A DNA stretch of 64,000 nt from the NCBI RefSeq assembly GCF_009914755.1, contig NC_060926.1. One strand, 5' to 3'. Source of the DNA: the human T2T-CHM13v2.0 reference genome, Homo sapiens. The notes beneath the pieces were generated by a model, which did not search any database, was not told the origin of the DNA, and saw only the letters and a program-made list of their open reading frames with translations. Below, one piece after another: positions 29,071 through 43,826 of this stretch. A program made the position numbers and the translations under genes. The first letter of the stretch is position 1. Every line of letters starts with the position of its first letter.

Positions 29071-30689
29071 CACATACCCTTTGTGTATGCCAAGGATGTT
29101 TGTAAATGCCCGTCCTGTGCCTGGCACTGGGCAGGCTGCTCGTAATTCAGAGGTGAACACAGCAGCTCCCATCTTTATTCTCACAAAGCTGATCATAAGC
29201 CAGCATAAGGAGCCTTAGGAAAGCGAATTCCTAGAGGCCACAGAAGTCCAGGCAAGGCATTTCTGAGGAAGCCTCTGCACCCAGACCTGAAAACCAGGCA
29301 GGCATGAGGAAAGTGAAGTGCATTCTAAGTGAGAATAATGTGTGCAAGCTCCCTGGGGCAAGAAACGGGCAAGGTAGGAATGGCAAAGACACAAAGGCAG
29401 TAATGAACGAGACTGGGTGACTATAATTATAGTAATAATGACAACCACAAGCTTCTTCCTGGTAATAGGTTAGAGAATAGTAGGACATTGAAATCATCAT
29501 TTATCCCTCAAAAAGGAACTGAAAAGGTACAATGCAGGCCTTAAGTGGGCATATTCTGACTTACATTTTTATTATTTCATGGCAAAGGGGAAAGTTTTAA
29601 GCAACACTAAGGGATGTGAATAAAGTTTGCAAACTGATGACTGAAAACTGAGACTTCCAGAAGTCAACAACTAAAATTTCAACACCTTAGATAATCTCTG
29701 AGTGTCATATTACATAAGAGTCACCATATATCCTTTCATTGATTAAATGTTCATTTCTCCCTTTGATCACAGTACTTATTTTACCTTCCAACTTGCCCTG
29801 AAAGTTATAAATGTCAGAACCCAAATCCCACAGATATCAGATCTACACCCTGTGCTCTTTTGGAAATGTCATTTTAATTATCACTGTAGCAATCCTGACC
29901 CAATTCTTTTTGACAATCACTACATAGGCACAAAAGTAAGTCAGTTGGAAAAACTTAGAGCCAAATTTGGAAAAGGTTTCCTACCAGAATGTTCTCTCAT
30001 ACTTTAAAGTAATTACACTAAGAGCTATTTGCCATTTGTGCAAATAATCCTTCAAATCTTCCATCTCTGCTTTAATGATCTCTTTCTCCAGAACCCTCTT
30101 TAGCTAGAGAGGCAAATACCATACCGCTACATACGAAGACAAAGAGAAAGAAGATGACAATTTAACATAAATAGCCATGTTCCAATAATACTTAATCCTC
30201 TAATAGCAATCTCAAGTCTACTCCAAGATACAAACCTACCTGAATCAAACTCACGTACAAACAAAATTCTATGTCCAAGTGTCCAAAACTATAATCACCT
30301 ATAATCATCTTACCCTCAAAACCTGCTCTCCCCTCCAGGTTCCTGACTTCAGTTGGTCCTACCACCATTTGTCCAGGCCAAAATATGGAATTGCTCTTAA
30401 CTCTTCCCCTCCTATCTCCCACCAGGTCTTTCCCCACCCACTGCCCTAAATAAGCACTGGGTGTGGTCAGTGCTGCTTAGAACCACCTCTCACTTCCATT
30501 CCCTCTCAGTCCCACTGAGGCCAACCTAATTCGGGTCTTCCTCATCTCTCAGGTAGATCTGTATTACCAAATAGTATCCTTACTGGTGTCCATGTCTTTA
30601 ATCTTTGTATGTTTTGTTTTTTTTAATGACCTGTTTTAAATACATGAAACAGTGAAAAAGATTTTCTTAAAGCACATAACCCAACACGC

Positions 30690-31435
30690 AGATCAACTGT
30701 TACCTTTAACTATTGTCCCCAGCGTATTCAGCATTCCTTAGTTTTTCCCTAATGTCCTTTATCTGCTCCAGGATCCCATTCAGGACACCACATTACATTT
30801 AGTTATCCTGCCTCCCTAGGCTCTTCTAGGTTGTGACAGTTTCTCAGACTTTGTTTTCAATGACCTTGACATGGTTAGGGAGTTTACAGAATATCTTTCA
30901 TTTTGGGTTTGCCTGAGGCTTCTGCCATGTTTCCACAGAGCTTATGGGGCTTTGGGAGGAAGACCACAGAGGTAAAATGCCATTCTCATCACATCCTATC
31001 AAGAACACCCACCACACTGACCGACTAGGAAGTTATGCTCCCCTCCTTTAGAATGGGATATTTGCATAAATGATTTGGAATAATTCTGCACAAGAGGTTC
31101 GTCTCTTCATCTCCATTTACACACTTTTCAATCATTTTGTTTACATCGTATGGATCATTAACATTTATTTTATACTTTGGGTTAAAACTCAACAATACTT
31201 CACTGTGTTGCTTAAAGCATTCTAGCTTTGGCTATTGGAAGCACTTTCAGTTGACTCCTGTGTCTCTCAGCAATACCCCCACTGTTGTTTTGTTTTGCTT
31301 TTTCTTTGATTTTTTCAACCACTTCCTTACTTTCTGGCCCTGCGAGATACACTGGCTCACCTTGCTCCAGCCCTAAACTCAGCCATTTCCCCAAGGAGCC
31401 CTGGTAGTGTTAGTGACCAAGATCTGGGTACTGGA
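30690..31435 (-). mobile_element. L1MC-type 3' region relic
   Basis: ccaggatcccattcaggacaccacattacatttagtt...ggaggaagaccacagaggtaaaatgccattctcatcacatc. Confidence 0.65.
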
Positions 31436-33557
31436 TGGTTTCTTTTTACAAGATCTTAGGATACATTTAATTCTGCATCTTGTTTTCTTAGAATACCTTT
31501 CCATATCTACACAAAAAGATCAACTATATTATTTTAAACCTCAGTTCAACCTTCATACCTCCTGTTATGAGATCACCTAGAGCTGCCACAGTGGATGTGT
31601 CCCTGTATCAATAGGATGAGATTGATGTGCCAGGCCCAAGGCCCCCTCACTGGCTCCTCAGCAAAGGGACTATCATCCCCAATTTGCACATGAGAAAATG
31701 AAGGTGGACAGCCATGCTGCCAGTCCCAGGTCACAAACTGCCCATGCAGAGGTGGCACTCATACCCAGTCTGAGGGATTCCAGAGCACTTGGCCTGACAA
31801 AATGGCTTTCTGGAATAAAGACTTGTCTAAGACAGCAAAAACTAGGGCTCTCCCCTGTCCTGCAACTAACCCAATTATAGAAAACCCAAAACCTTCAGTA
31901 TCTGTGTTCAAAAGCTGCCCTACCTACTCCTCATGGGGCTGCTGTGAACTTCATAAAACAAAAAACGCAGGAAAGTGCTCTGAAAACACTAAAGTACTCT
32001 ACACACCTTGGGAGACCTGCTGCTGTTATATTTTGCAGATTTTTAATGGTCATGAATTAATACATGATTCAGACATACCACTTCCATAAGAAACAGTATT
32101 TTAATCCTTGTTTCCTATCACGACTGCAGTTACTGAGGGTAAAAGTTACCAAAGCATGTAAGCCTGAATTCCAGGTGATAGTGACTAAGGAGGCAGGCAA
32201 TTTGAAAAAATATATCAAGTGAAAGAATCGTCTTTATTTTAAACTCAGATTCAGGAGGCTATCTCCATGGCTTTTAACATGAAAAAGCTGACTCTCATAT
32301 TATTTTGACCTGTTGCTAAATACAAATGAAAATATCACAACTTAAGTCAAATGCTACTTGTAAGTGACACACTTTCAAATCCTCAAAGGAAAGGCTCTGA
32401 GAGAGGTTACTTCAGAACATGAATTATTTAACTCTCCTGCCCAGGTATTGATTTCCTGCAGCAGTTTAACCTGAAAATAGAATATGATACTTAGGTATGA
32501 AATAAAAATATTATCACTGTATACCTTAAATTCTCAATTAAAGAATACAAATATACTTTAAATTCTCAATTTAAAAATATGAGCAGAAATGTGGCATCTT
32601 CCAGTACTTTCAGCCCAACTTAACCAAATTTAAGAAAATAGCTATACAAACCTTTAATAATCCATTACAAAATAAACACTGAGCAGAAGTCCTGGATGTG
32701 TGCCCAATTCCCCACAGCAGGAGACAAATAAACACTTGTTACTGTATGCAATTTTACTCTGTGCAATACCTGTTTCAGTAGAAGAGTCTGGAAATACCCT
32801 TTGAAGACAACAAATTAAGAGTCTGCCAGCAAAACCACTAGGAAAGCAAGACAGTGATACAGGTTGTTCCCATCACATCAACTGTACCCTATACCTTTAA
32901 ATGCAAACCCTGTTTACACAGAATCTTTTAAAATCACTTCGATATTGGCCAAACCTGAGAAAAAGCTCTGTGGAAAGACTGAAACCTAATCAAGAAGATT
33001 TTTTGTGAGCAATACTTCTTTTGTAGTTTTCCTGTACATTTTTGCATTTTAAAAATGCAAATCTTTTAAAGGGGAAAAAAATAAACAATGACTTAAGACA
33101 GAAGCAGCATCCTTGCACTGCTATCATTTATGCTTTTCCTCTATACCTACTGGGAAAACTTAGAAATTTCTAGCCAGTAGATTATTTTCAAGACCACTTA
33201 GCGTTATTAACAAATACCTTGCAATTGCAAATAGATTTATGTTCATAACCCTCATACTGTGAACATAAGCAGAGAAAAATTAAAAGCCCATGAAATAAAC
33301 AGAAGATAAAAACACAGCTAGCCTCAGCCTACTGTGCCTACTTCCTCTCTCCTAGTCTTAGAAGGTTAACATTGATGTTTATTTCCCTGTAGGTTTCACA
33401 ATTTTTCACTGCTTAAATACCAACAACATTCATAACAATCTTTCCCATGTTTCATCCATGATTTTTAGTTACCACAGGAATTATAAAATATTTAAGCATT
33501 TCCTAGCCAAGCAGCAATAATTATAAACACTTTTCAGAATATATTAGAATAGCCTAC

Positions 33558-33573
33558 CTTTCCCAGTAGTCAT
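33558..33573 (-). CDS. CLASP1: Candidate coding end of an alternative first exon: ATG ACT ACT GGG AAA G (MTTGK-D)
   Basis: ATG with A at -3, donor AAG|gtaggc, phase 1 matches the 13244 acceptor; sits in a region with no repeats I could recognise. Confidence 0.6.
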
Positions 33574-34030
33574 GATTGTCAGTAATCCTGGTACCAAATA
33601 AAAACACTGCTCTGAAAGCTATACCTACTCACAGCAACTTAAGCATCAGCAAACTCTCCACCCACACTTGTTCAGTGTGATCCGGCAGCACCAATGACAA
33701 CTGCCACCCTATTCCAAAATAAAAGCCTAGACTAACAATGATTTTGTAAAAAGGGTTGGGGGTTGGTGGCTGGGGGGAGGTGTGAGCCTTCTCCATCCAA
33801 CTCTACTCATTTAAGAGAGTCTTCTTTAAAAGTGGTATTAAAAATTTTTAAACCAGTTCTTCCCCCTCAAGAAAAAGAATATTCCTAACACAAATCTTAA
33901 AAAGAAAAATATCAAAAAGCAACCTTATTTCCACACAGAAAATAAAATAAGCTGTCTGCTGCAGCTTATGCGACTTATGCTGCCATCAGAAGCAGTCTCT
34001 TCCAGGCTATTTTAGGTGGGCTTCTTAGCA
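33574..34030 (-). promoter_or_regulatory. Candidate internal promoter/5'UTR for the alternative first exon
   Basis: CCAAT at 33691-33695 (+ strand), G-run tract 33753-33782, unique sequence upstream of the ATG at 33573; motif-level evidence only. Confidence 0.35.
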
Positions 34031-35329
34031 CAGCTCAACACATATGCCAGCCTTGTAACAAACACATTATCCTTGTATTCGTGACTATGGAAACACTTTC
34101 CTAAGATACTGAACCACTATCCCAAACCTTGTAATATGCATAGTCTAATAAACAAGCACTGGGAGAGAGTGTGAACCTAGAATTGGCACCTGATCCACTT
34201 ATTCACAATCATTGCTTTTAAAGGATAAGCATGGATAATAATGACTTGGCTTCTTAATAAAGAAAAGACAACTGATTTGCCTTTAAATGAATGCTTTGTC
34301 CTAGCCACACTGGGCAATAATTCAGATCTTATCTAACAGAATCTGTCAATGGTCTGTTTTCAGACTTGCACAGGTATTTCTCATTTCCGACAAAGTAGAA
34401 CTGATACCTGTAATATTTTTCAAGTTATAGTTGTTTAAGTGTAAAACCATAAAGCAAAATGCATTTGGCAACAAAATGATACCCTGTACATTCATGTATA
34501 AGAGCCAATAATGTTATGATTACTTGTTATCTACTTTATAGTTTTATTAGCAAATAAATATTGGGTCTTTTACTTCAGCTACAAATTTATTATAGAATTA
34601 TCATGGATTTAACCAAGATGATAGTTTGTATCTTTCCTCATAAACATGTTAGCTTTGCTCAAGAAACTCAAAAGCATGTGTATTTTTTAACCAAATTAAT
34701 GTTCATGGGCCTCGCTTCAATCAAATCCAATTAAAGATCATTAAGTGGTTGCAGATAAAGGACACTGAGTAGTCCATAATTACTGGGTCTTTCATTCTGA
34801 AAATCCAATTCTCCCATGAGCATAAGCACATCTGCATGATTTAAAAACTTACAAATAATTTGCTTTTTGAAACTCATGGAAGGAAAAACTGTAATTTTTG
34901 CTTCAAGGGGCTTGCTAATTATATGGAGATGAAAAAAAGAAGAAACATCTATATAGCAACATATTTTTAACTCTCATATTCTCACCATTCAAAGCCGAAA
35001 GGCCTTCGGGTAACCTAGCAACAAGAAGGAATCATACAAAGATGAAGTATTCTATTACAGACAGGAAGCCCATTTCAAATTGCTACTTGGCTGCTTTTTC
35101 ATTCCTGTTTTAGTCACAATTCGATTACGCTTTTAAAAATTAAGTCCATGGGTTTCATATAAATATTAAGCATCAGAGAACAACATAATTTTGAACATCT
35201 GAAGATATACAAACCCTTGATAAATCCTTATTATTTCTTAGGAGTACCACCATTAAATACGTTTCTTCCAACTTAGCTAAAATCCAGAACGTTTCTTACT
35301 CAAAAGTGCACTGTTGTTCACAAGCAACA

Positions 35330-36330
35330 AAAGAAAAAAATAAATTGGACTTCAGCAAAATTTAAAACCTTTATACACCAAAAGACACTTAAAAGTGAAA
35401 AGATTGGCTCACGCCTGTAATCCCAGCACTTTGGGAGGCCGAGGCGGGTAGATCACGAGGTCAGGAGATCGAAACCATCCTGGATAATACGGTGAAATCC
35501 CATCTCTACTAAAAATACAAAAAATTAGCCGGGCGTGGTGGCGGGCACCTGTAGTCCCAGCTACCCGGGAGGCTGAGGCAGTAGAATGGTGAGAACCCGG
35601 GAGGCGGAGCTTGCAGTGAGCCGAGGTCGCACCAGTGTACTCCAGCCTGGGCGACAGAGCGAGACTCCCTCTCCAAAAAAAAAAAAAAAAAAAAAAAAAG
35701 TGAAAAGATAAGCCACAGAATGAAAAAAAAATTTACAAATCGTATCTGCAAATCATATACAGTTCAACAACAAAAAGATAAACAATTCGATTTTTAAGTG
35801 GACAAAGGATTTGATTAGATGTTTTTCCAACGTAGATCAACAAATGGCCAGTAAGCACAGGAAATATGTTCAAACATATTAGTCATTAGGGAAATGCAAA
35901 TCAAAACCACAATGAGACACTACTTCATAATTACTAGGGTGACTACAATTAAAAAAAATAAAAAAAAAAAAAAACAAGCATTGCCAGAAAGTGGAGAATT
36001 TGGTAAAGGCTAGAGAGAATATAAAATGGTGCAGCCACTGTGGAAAACAGTTTAGTGGTTCCTCAGTAAGTTAAACATAGAATGACCATGTAATACAGCA
36101 ATTCTACTCCTGGATATACACTCAAAAGAACTGAAAACAGGTGTTTAAAAGCTTGTATACAAATGTTCAAAGCAGCACTATTCACAATAGACAAAGGTAG
36201 AAACAATCCAACTGTCCATCAATAGATGCACAGTTGCAGCTATCTGTGACTATACTAAAAATAACTGAATTATACACTTGAAATGAATGCTGTCATGGTA
36301 TGTAAATTATATTTTAACAAAGCAATTTTA
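35330..36330 (+). mobile_element. Old L1M 3' fragment interrupted by an AluY
   Basis: taaattggacttcagcaaaatttaaaac...gaaatgcaaatcaaaaccacaatgagacactac. Confidence 0.8.
35405..35699 (+). mobile_element. AluY-like element with long poly-A
   Basis: gatcacgaggtcaggagatcga, gaggcggagcttgcagtgagccg; target-site duplication aaaagtgaaaagat on both sides. Confidence 0.93.
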
Positions 36331-36334
36331 AAAG

Positions 36335-38020
36335 AGCATTACTGTCCATACTACTCAAAGCAATCTATAGATCCAACATAATCCCTATCAAATGCCAATG
36401 ACATTCTTTACAGAAATAAAAAAGTAATCCCAAAATTTATACGGAACCACAAAAGACTCAGAATAGCCAAAGTCATCCTAAGCAAAAAGAACAAAACTAG
36501 AAGAATCACATTATCTGACTTCAAATTATACTACTACCATTGCTGTTTTTGTGGCAGCATGGTACTGGAAAAAAAACAGACACACAGACCAATGGAACAG
36601 AATAGAGATCCCAGAAATAAATCCACACATCTACAGTGAACTCATTTTTGACAACAGTGCCGAAAAGAACACACACTGGGGAAAGGACAGTCTCTTCAAT
36701 AAATGGTGCTGGAAAAACTGAATATCCATATGCAGAAGAATAAAACTGGACCCCCATATCTCTCACCACAAAAATCAAATCAAAATGAATTAAAGAGTTA
36801 AACCTAAGACCTCAAACTATAAAACTACTAAAAGAAAACATGGGGGAAACTCTCCAGGACATTGGTCTGGGCAAAGATTTTTTCAGTAACACCCCACAAG
36901 TATGGGCAACCAAAGCAAACAATCAACAAAGTGTAAGACAACCCACAAAATGCAAGAAAATATTTGCAAACTACCCATCTGACAAGGGATTAATAACCAG
37001 AATATATGAGGAGCTCAAACAACTCAATAGAAAAAAAAAATCAAATAATTCAATTTAAAAGTAAGCAAAAGATCTGAATAGACATTTTTCGAAAGAAGAC
37101 ACACAAATGGCAAACAGGCATATTAAAAAAGTGCTCAACATCATTGATTATCAGAGAAATGCAAATCAAAACTACAATGAGGTATCATCTCACCCCAGTT
37201 GAAATGGCTTTAATCCAAAAGACAGGCAGTAACAAATTCTGGCAAGGATGTGGAGAAAAGGGAACTCTTGTACACTGTTGGTAGAAATGTTAAATTAGTA
37301 CAGCCACTACAGAAAACAATAGAGAGGTTCCTCAAAACACTAAAACTAGAACTACCATACGATCCAGCAATCCCACTGCTAGGTATGTACCCAAAAGAAA
37401 GGAAATCAGTATATTGAAGAGATACCTGCACTGCCATGTTTACTGCAGCACTGTTCACAATAGCCAAGATTTTAAAGCAACCTAAGTGTCCATCAACAGG
37501 AGAAGGAATAAAGAAAATGCGATGCCTATACACAATGCAGTACTATTCAGCCATAAAAAGAATGAGATCCTGTCATTTGCAACAACATGGATGGAACTGG
37601 AGGAAATTATGTTAAGAGAAGCTAGGCATAGAAAGACAAACTTCATATGTTCTCACTCATTTGTGGGAGCTAAAAATTAAAACAACTGAACTTATGGAGA
37701 TAGGGAGTAGAATACCAGTTACCAGCAGAGCCTGGGAAGAATAGTGGTGGTGGGGAAGGGAGTGGGGATGGTTAAAGGGTACAAAAATATAGTTAGACAG
37801 AATAAGATCTAGTATTTGATAGCACAACAGGATAACTACAGTCAATATTTATTGTACATTTAAAAATAACTGAAAGAGTATAACTGGAATGTTTGCAACA
37901 CAAGAAATGATAAATGCTTGAGTTGATGGATACCCTACTTACCTTGATGTGACTGTTATGCAAAATACCTATGTCACCCATAAATATATACAACTGATAT
38001 GTCCATAAAAATTAAAAATA
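36335..38020 (+). mobile_element. L1MA-type 3' portion (ORF2 end and 3'UTR)
   Basis: ORF2-like 36840..37058 and 37486..37680; 3'UTR aataagatctagtatttgatagcacaacagg. Confidence 0.88.
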
Positions 38021-38022
38021 TT

Positions 38023-39026
<1,004 letters not shown>

Positions 39027-40113
39027 CTACAAGTATGACAGTTATTCTCAAATATTCTTTTTATTGAAAAAATGAATATACCCCTAAAATTGAGCAACTG
39101 GAGGAGAATCTATTATTCTGAGCACCAACCATGTCCCAGGCACTAAGAAATTCGCTAAGAATTTTACACACAATCTCATTTATTCTCCACAAAATCCCTG
39201 CAAGGTGTTCACTCCATTTTACAGATGAGCAAATGTGGTTCACAAGAGTTAAGTCACTTGCCCAAAATCCCATAGCTAAAGCATTGCAGAGCAGGGCACA
39301 GACGCCTTTCCTAAGGAGGAAGGAGAGCCACACATTTCCAAAGCAATCCCCCTTGACTTGCTCCCTGACACTGTCCACACTTCCCCACACAGGGGCATGT
39401 GGGCACCCACACTCCAAAATTAACAACTGTAACTACTGTTTGGCATACACAGTCACCATTTATTAAACAGATATTTGTTGCCTAGTCCTTAGCTGAGTAT
39501 AGGCTGCTAAATTTTCACAAATGGGAGTTAGAAAGACACAGATCATTTAATAGACACCCTTTTGAGTCAGCCTAGGAAGCCGCTCTGTGGACATGCAGTG
39601 CTAACCAACCAAGGCAGCCATCAAGTGATCAGAACCTCTGCCCAAGAGGTCATTGAGGAGCCTGGAAATGAGCCCCATGTTGTCATTCATTCTCTCCTGT
39701 GTTTTGCTCAGTTCTCTGTCAGCTCCAGCTCATATGCAACACTCCAGAACCCAGTGGGTATATAAGAATCCATGGGAAAAAGCAGAGAGAAAAAGAATCT
39801 AGTCATCTCAGATACTAAGTGTTCGTACATGCACTCAAGATTTACTGAGAGACATAGAAGAAAAGCTGGTTCGGTGAAACAAACCAATCGCAGAGAACAC
39901 TGGGACTAAGAGGCCAGCCTGCAAGGTATCTGAGCCTTAGAATGAGCAAAAACAGGCACACAGTCCCCTGTATGCAGGAGGGTTACAGTCCAATGCCGAG
40001 ATAGGTATTAGTCAGATAATCGCCAAATGTAAACCTGCAAACATGACGCATACCAAGCAGTGGGGTAGAGGGTGCCTGCCCACACTTAACAGAGGGATCT
40101 GACATCATTTGGG

Positions 40114-40480
40114 ATGCCAACAGATGAATGGAATAAGAAAAATGTGTATATATACACAATGGTATATAATTCAGCCATAAAAAAGAATGAAATCCTGTTA
40201 TTTGTAGCAACATGGATGGAACTAGAGGCCATCATATTATATAAAATAAGCCAAGCACAGAAAGACAAACATCACACATTCTCACTCATATGTGGGAGCT
40301 AAAAGGGTAGATCTCACAAAGGTAGAGATTAGACTGGTAGTTACCAAAGGCCAGGAAGGGGAGGGGGAAGAGTAAAGTGAAAAAAATGTATATAAGTGTA
40401 TTTATTACCACTGAACTGTACACTTAAAATTGGTAAAGATCGTTAATTATATATGTAGATTTTACCTCAATAAAAAAGCA
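40114..40480 (+). mobile_element. L1M 3' end fragment
   Basis: ORF 40114..40302 resembles the ORF2 C-terminus (AIKKNEILLFVATWMELE). Confidence 0.8.
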
Positions 40481-40930
40481 ATATTTGAGTTAAACTCCAT
40501 ATGAATCAGTGATAATATTTATGAAAAGTGAGGGAGAGGGAGGTATCAAAAATGACACCCAATCTTTAATTTACATACCAGGATGAATAATGGAGCAATC
40601 ACGCTTATAAGGAGTACAGAAAACACTTAGGGTGGAGCAATATTTATTGTTTTGTGTTTTGTCTTTCAGCCAGAAGTAGAATATAAATTTGGTTTTAGAT
40701 ACATGTTTCAAATACAAGAGGAAATGTCAGACAGGTAGCTGTTTCACATACAGTTCCAATCCTGTACCAAGATCTGTATAGGAGACAAACATTTATGAAA
40801 AAAATGTGATATAGCTAATAAATAAAATTATAGCCACGGATATGTGTAACCAGGGAAAAAGCACTGCCTGAGAAAGGAAAAGGCCTAGAATTAAGCTTTA
40901 AGAATTTAATGGCTAATTAGTAGACATTAG

Positions 40931-41444
<514 letters not shown>

Positions 41445-41485
41445 TCTTTTCTTTCTTTTTACTGTGGTAAAATAGGTAATAGTTT

Positions 41486-41791
41486 CTTTTTTTTTTTTTT
41501 TTTTCTGAGACGGAGTCTCACGACCAGGCTGGAGCGCAGTGGTACAATCTCAGCTCACTGAAACCTCCGCCTCCCAAGTTCAAGCGATCCTCCCACCTCA
41601 GGGCCACCCCACCACCCCCCCAGCTGGGACTACAGGGGTGCCCCACCACACCTGGCTAATTTTTGTATTTTTGTAGAGATGGAGTTTCACCATATTGGCC
41701 AGGCTGGCCTCAAACTCCTAACCTCAGATAATCTGCCTGTCTCGGTCTCGCAAAGTGCTGAGATTACAGGTGTGAGCCACTGCACCTGGCC
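41486..41791 (-). mobile_element. AluS-like element
   Basis: Poly-T, full dimer, flanked by ataggtaatagtttct/ataggcaatagtttct. Confidence 0.9.
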
Positions 41792-41794
41792 AAA

Positions 41795-42880
41795 TATAGG
41801 CAATAGTTTCTTAGGTATGACAAAAGAAAAAATAAACAGATAAATTGGACTTCATCAAAATTTAACAATTTATATCTCAAGTGACACTATCAAGAAAGTG
41901 AAAAGAAAACCCATAGAATGGGAGAAAATATTTGCAAATAAATCACATCTGGTAAGAGTCTGGTATGTAGCACATCTAAAGACCTCTTAAAACTCAACAA
42001 TAAATAGGCAATTAACTCCTTTAGAAAATGGGCAAAAGATTTATTTGAATAGACATTTCTCCAAGCAAGGTATTTAAAGGGCTAATAAGCACATGAAAAA
42101 GATGTTCAATACCATTACTCATCAAGGTAAAGCAAATCAATACCACAATGAGATACCACTTTACAGCCACTATGGTGACTATAATGAAAAAGATAGACAA
42201 TGACAATTGTTGGCGAGGATGTGGAGAAAGTGGAAACTCTTACAGGTTGCTGGTAAGAACATAAAATAGTGCTGCAAAACTGGAAAACTGTGTGTTTACT
42301 GTGTTTGAGCAGTTACTCAGAAAGTTAAAGGTACAACCCAGCAATTCTACTGCAAGGTATACAGCCAACAGAAATGAAAATACATATCCACATGAAATCT
42401 TTTACATCAATGTTCAAAGAATCATTCTTCACAATGGCCAAAAAGTGGAACAACCCCAAACGTCCATCAACAGACGGATAAAGAAAATGCAATCTAATCA
42501 CACAATGGAATCTTGTTCAGCCATAAAAAGAAATGAACTTCTGATACATGCTACATTATGGATGAACCTTGAAAACATTATGCTAAGTGAAAGACACCAG
42601 ACACAAAAGCCAAATATTGTATGATTCCAATTATACAAAATGTCCTGAATAGGCAAATCCATAAAGACAGAAAATAGGACGCCAGAAACTGGGGGGAGAG
42701 GGGAATAGGGAGTAAGTGCTAATGGGAATGGGACGTGAGGGTGATGAAGTATTTTAGATTTAAATAGTGGTAATAGTTGCACACTTTGTGAATATTCAAA
42801 AAAAAAAAAACACTAAAGCATTCACTTTAAAAAGTGAAACACCAGTAGGTAAATTATATATAATCTCAATTTTTAATTTT
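41795..42880 (+). mobile_element. L1MB-type 3' portion
   Basis: ggatgaaccttgaaaacattatgctaagtgaaaga...atgattcca...aataggcaaatccata. Confidence 0.82.
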
Positions 42881-42982
42881 TAAATGAACGGCAACTAGAA
42901 GGAGAATGTATCTCAATTTTTAAAATATACTGATAACTTCACAAAAGGCCTAACACCTATTTCTGATAAAAACTCAGATAAG

Positions 42983-43110
42983 GGCATTTGACTTTCTTTC
43001 TTTAACCTTCATGTGCCCACCTGGGTCTCTCCCAAGCACACCTTCCTTTCTTTTCTATTCTAAGGCCTTTTTAAATAAACTTCTATTCCTGCTCTGGGAA
43101 AAAAAAAAAA
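42983..43110 (+). mobile_element. Short polyadenylated retro-insert (LTR-like 3' end) inside an L1M fragment
   Basis: AATAAA at 43074-43079, A12 at 43099-43110, agataag on both sides. Confidence 0.55.
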
Positions 43111-43550
43111 GATAAGATAAACAGAAGTAAATAGAAAACTACCTCATTTTGATAAAGAACATCTACAAAAATCCTACGGCTAATACCATACTTAGCACCT
43201 AGGATAGGAACCAGACGAGGATGTCCTGTCTCACCACTCTTATCTTACACAGTACTGGAAGTTCTAGCCAGTGCAATAAGGCAAGAAAAAGAAATTAAAA
43301 GCATACGTATCTGAAAGAGATAAAACTGTTCCTATTTGCAGATGACAAGACTGTATATGTAGAAAACCCCACAGAGGCTACAAAAACTCCTACAACTAAT
43401 AAGTTCAGAAAGGTTGTAATCTAAGCTGTATAAGGTATGAAATGGAGAAAGCAGAGGATGAATGGATCTAGAGAAAACTGAACAGTCAAAGGTTTGAAGT
43501 TCAAAAGAGATCAAAGAATTACACTGGGAGTTGTGTTTTAAAAAAACACG

Positions 43551-43630
43551 AAGGAGGAGGAGGTGGGGGAGAGAGAGAAAGAGGGAGAGACAGAAAGAGA
43601 GAGAGGAAGAGAAAGAAGGAAAGAAAGAAA

Positions 43631-43686
<56 letters not shown>

Positions 43687-43826
43687 AAAGAAAGAAAGAA
43701 AGAAAAAAAAGAAAAGAGAAAAGAAAAGAGGGAAGGAAGGAGGGAAGGAGGGAAGGAAGGAAGAAGAAAAGAGAAAAAGAGGAGGAGGAGAAAAGGTGAA
43801 AGAAAGAAAAGAAAAGAAAGAGAAAA
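43551..43826. repeat. Polypurine tract with (GAAA)n/(GGAA)n core
   Basis: About 275 nt almost free of pyrimidines on the + strand. Confidence 0.95.

Noticed and set aside
33960-33990. Possible CLASP2-beta-like cysteine-rich first exon
   Set aside because: The ATG here reads ATG GCA GCA TAA, at most a tiny upstream ORF; I found no Cys-rich phase-1 exon in this region.
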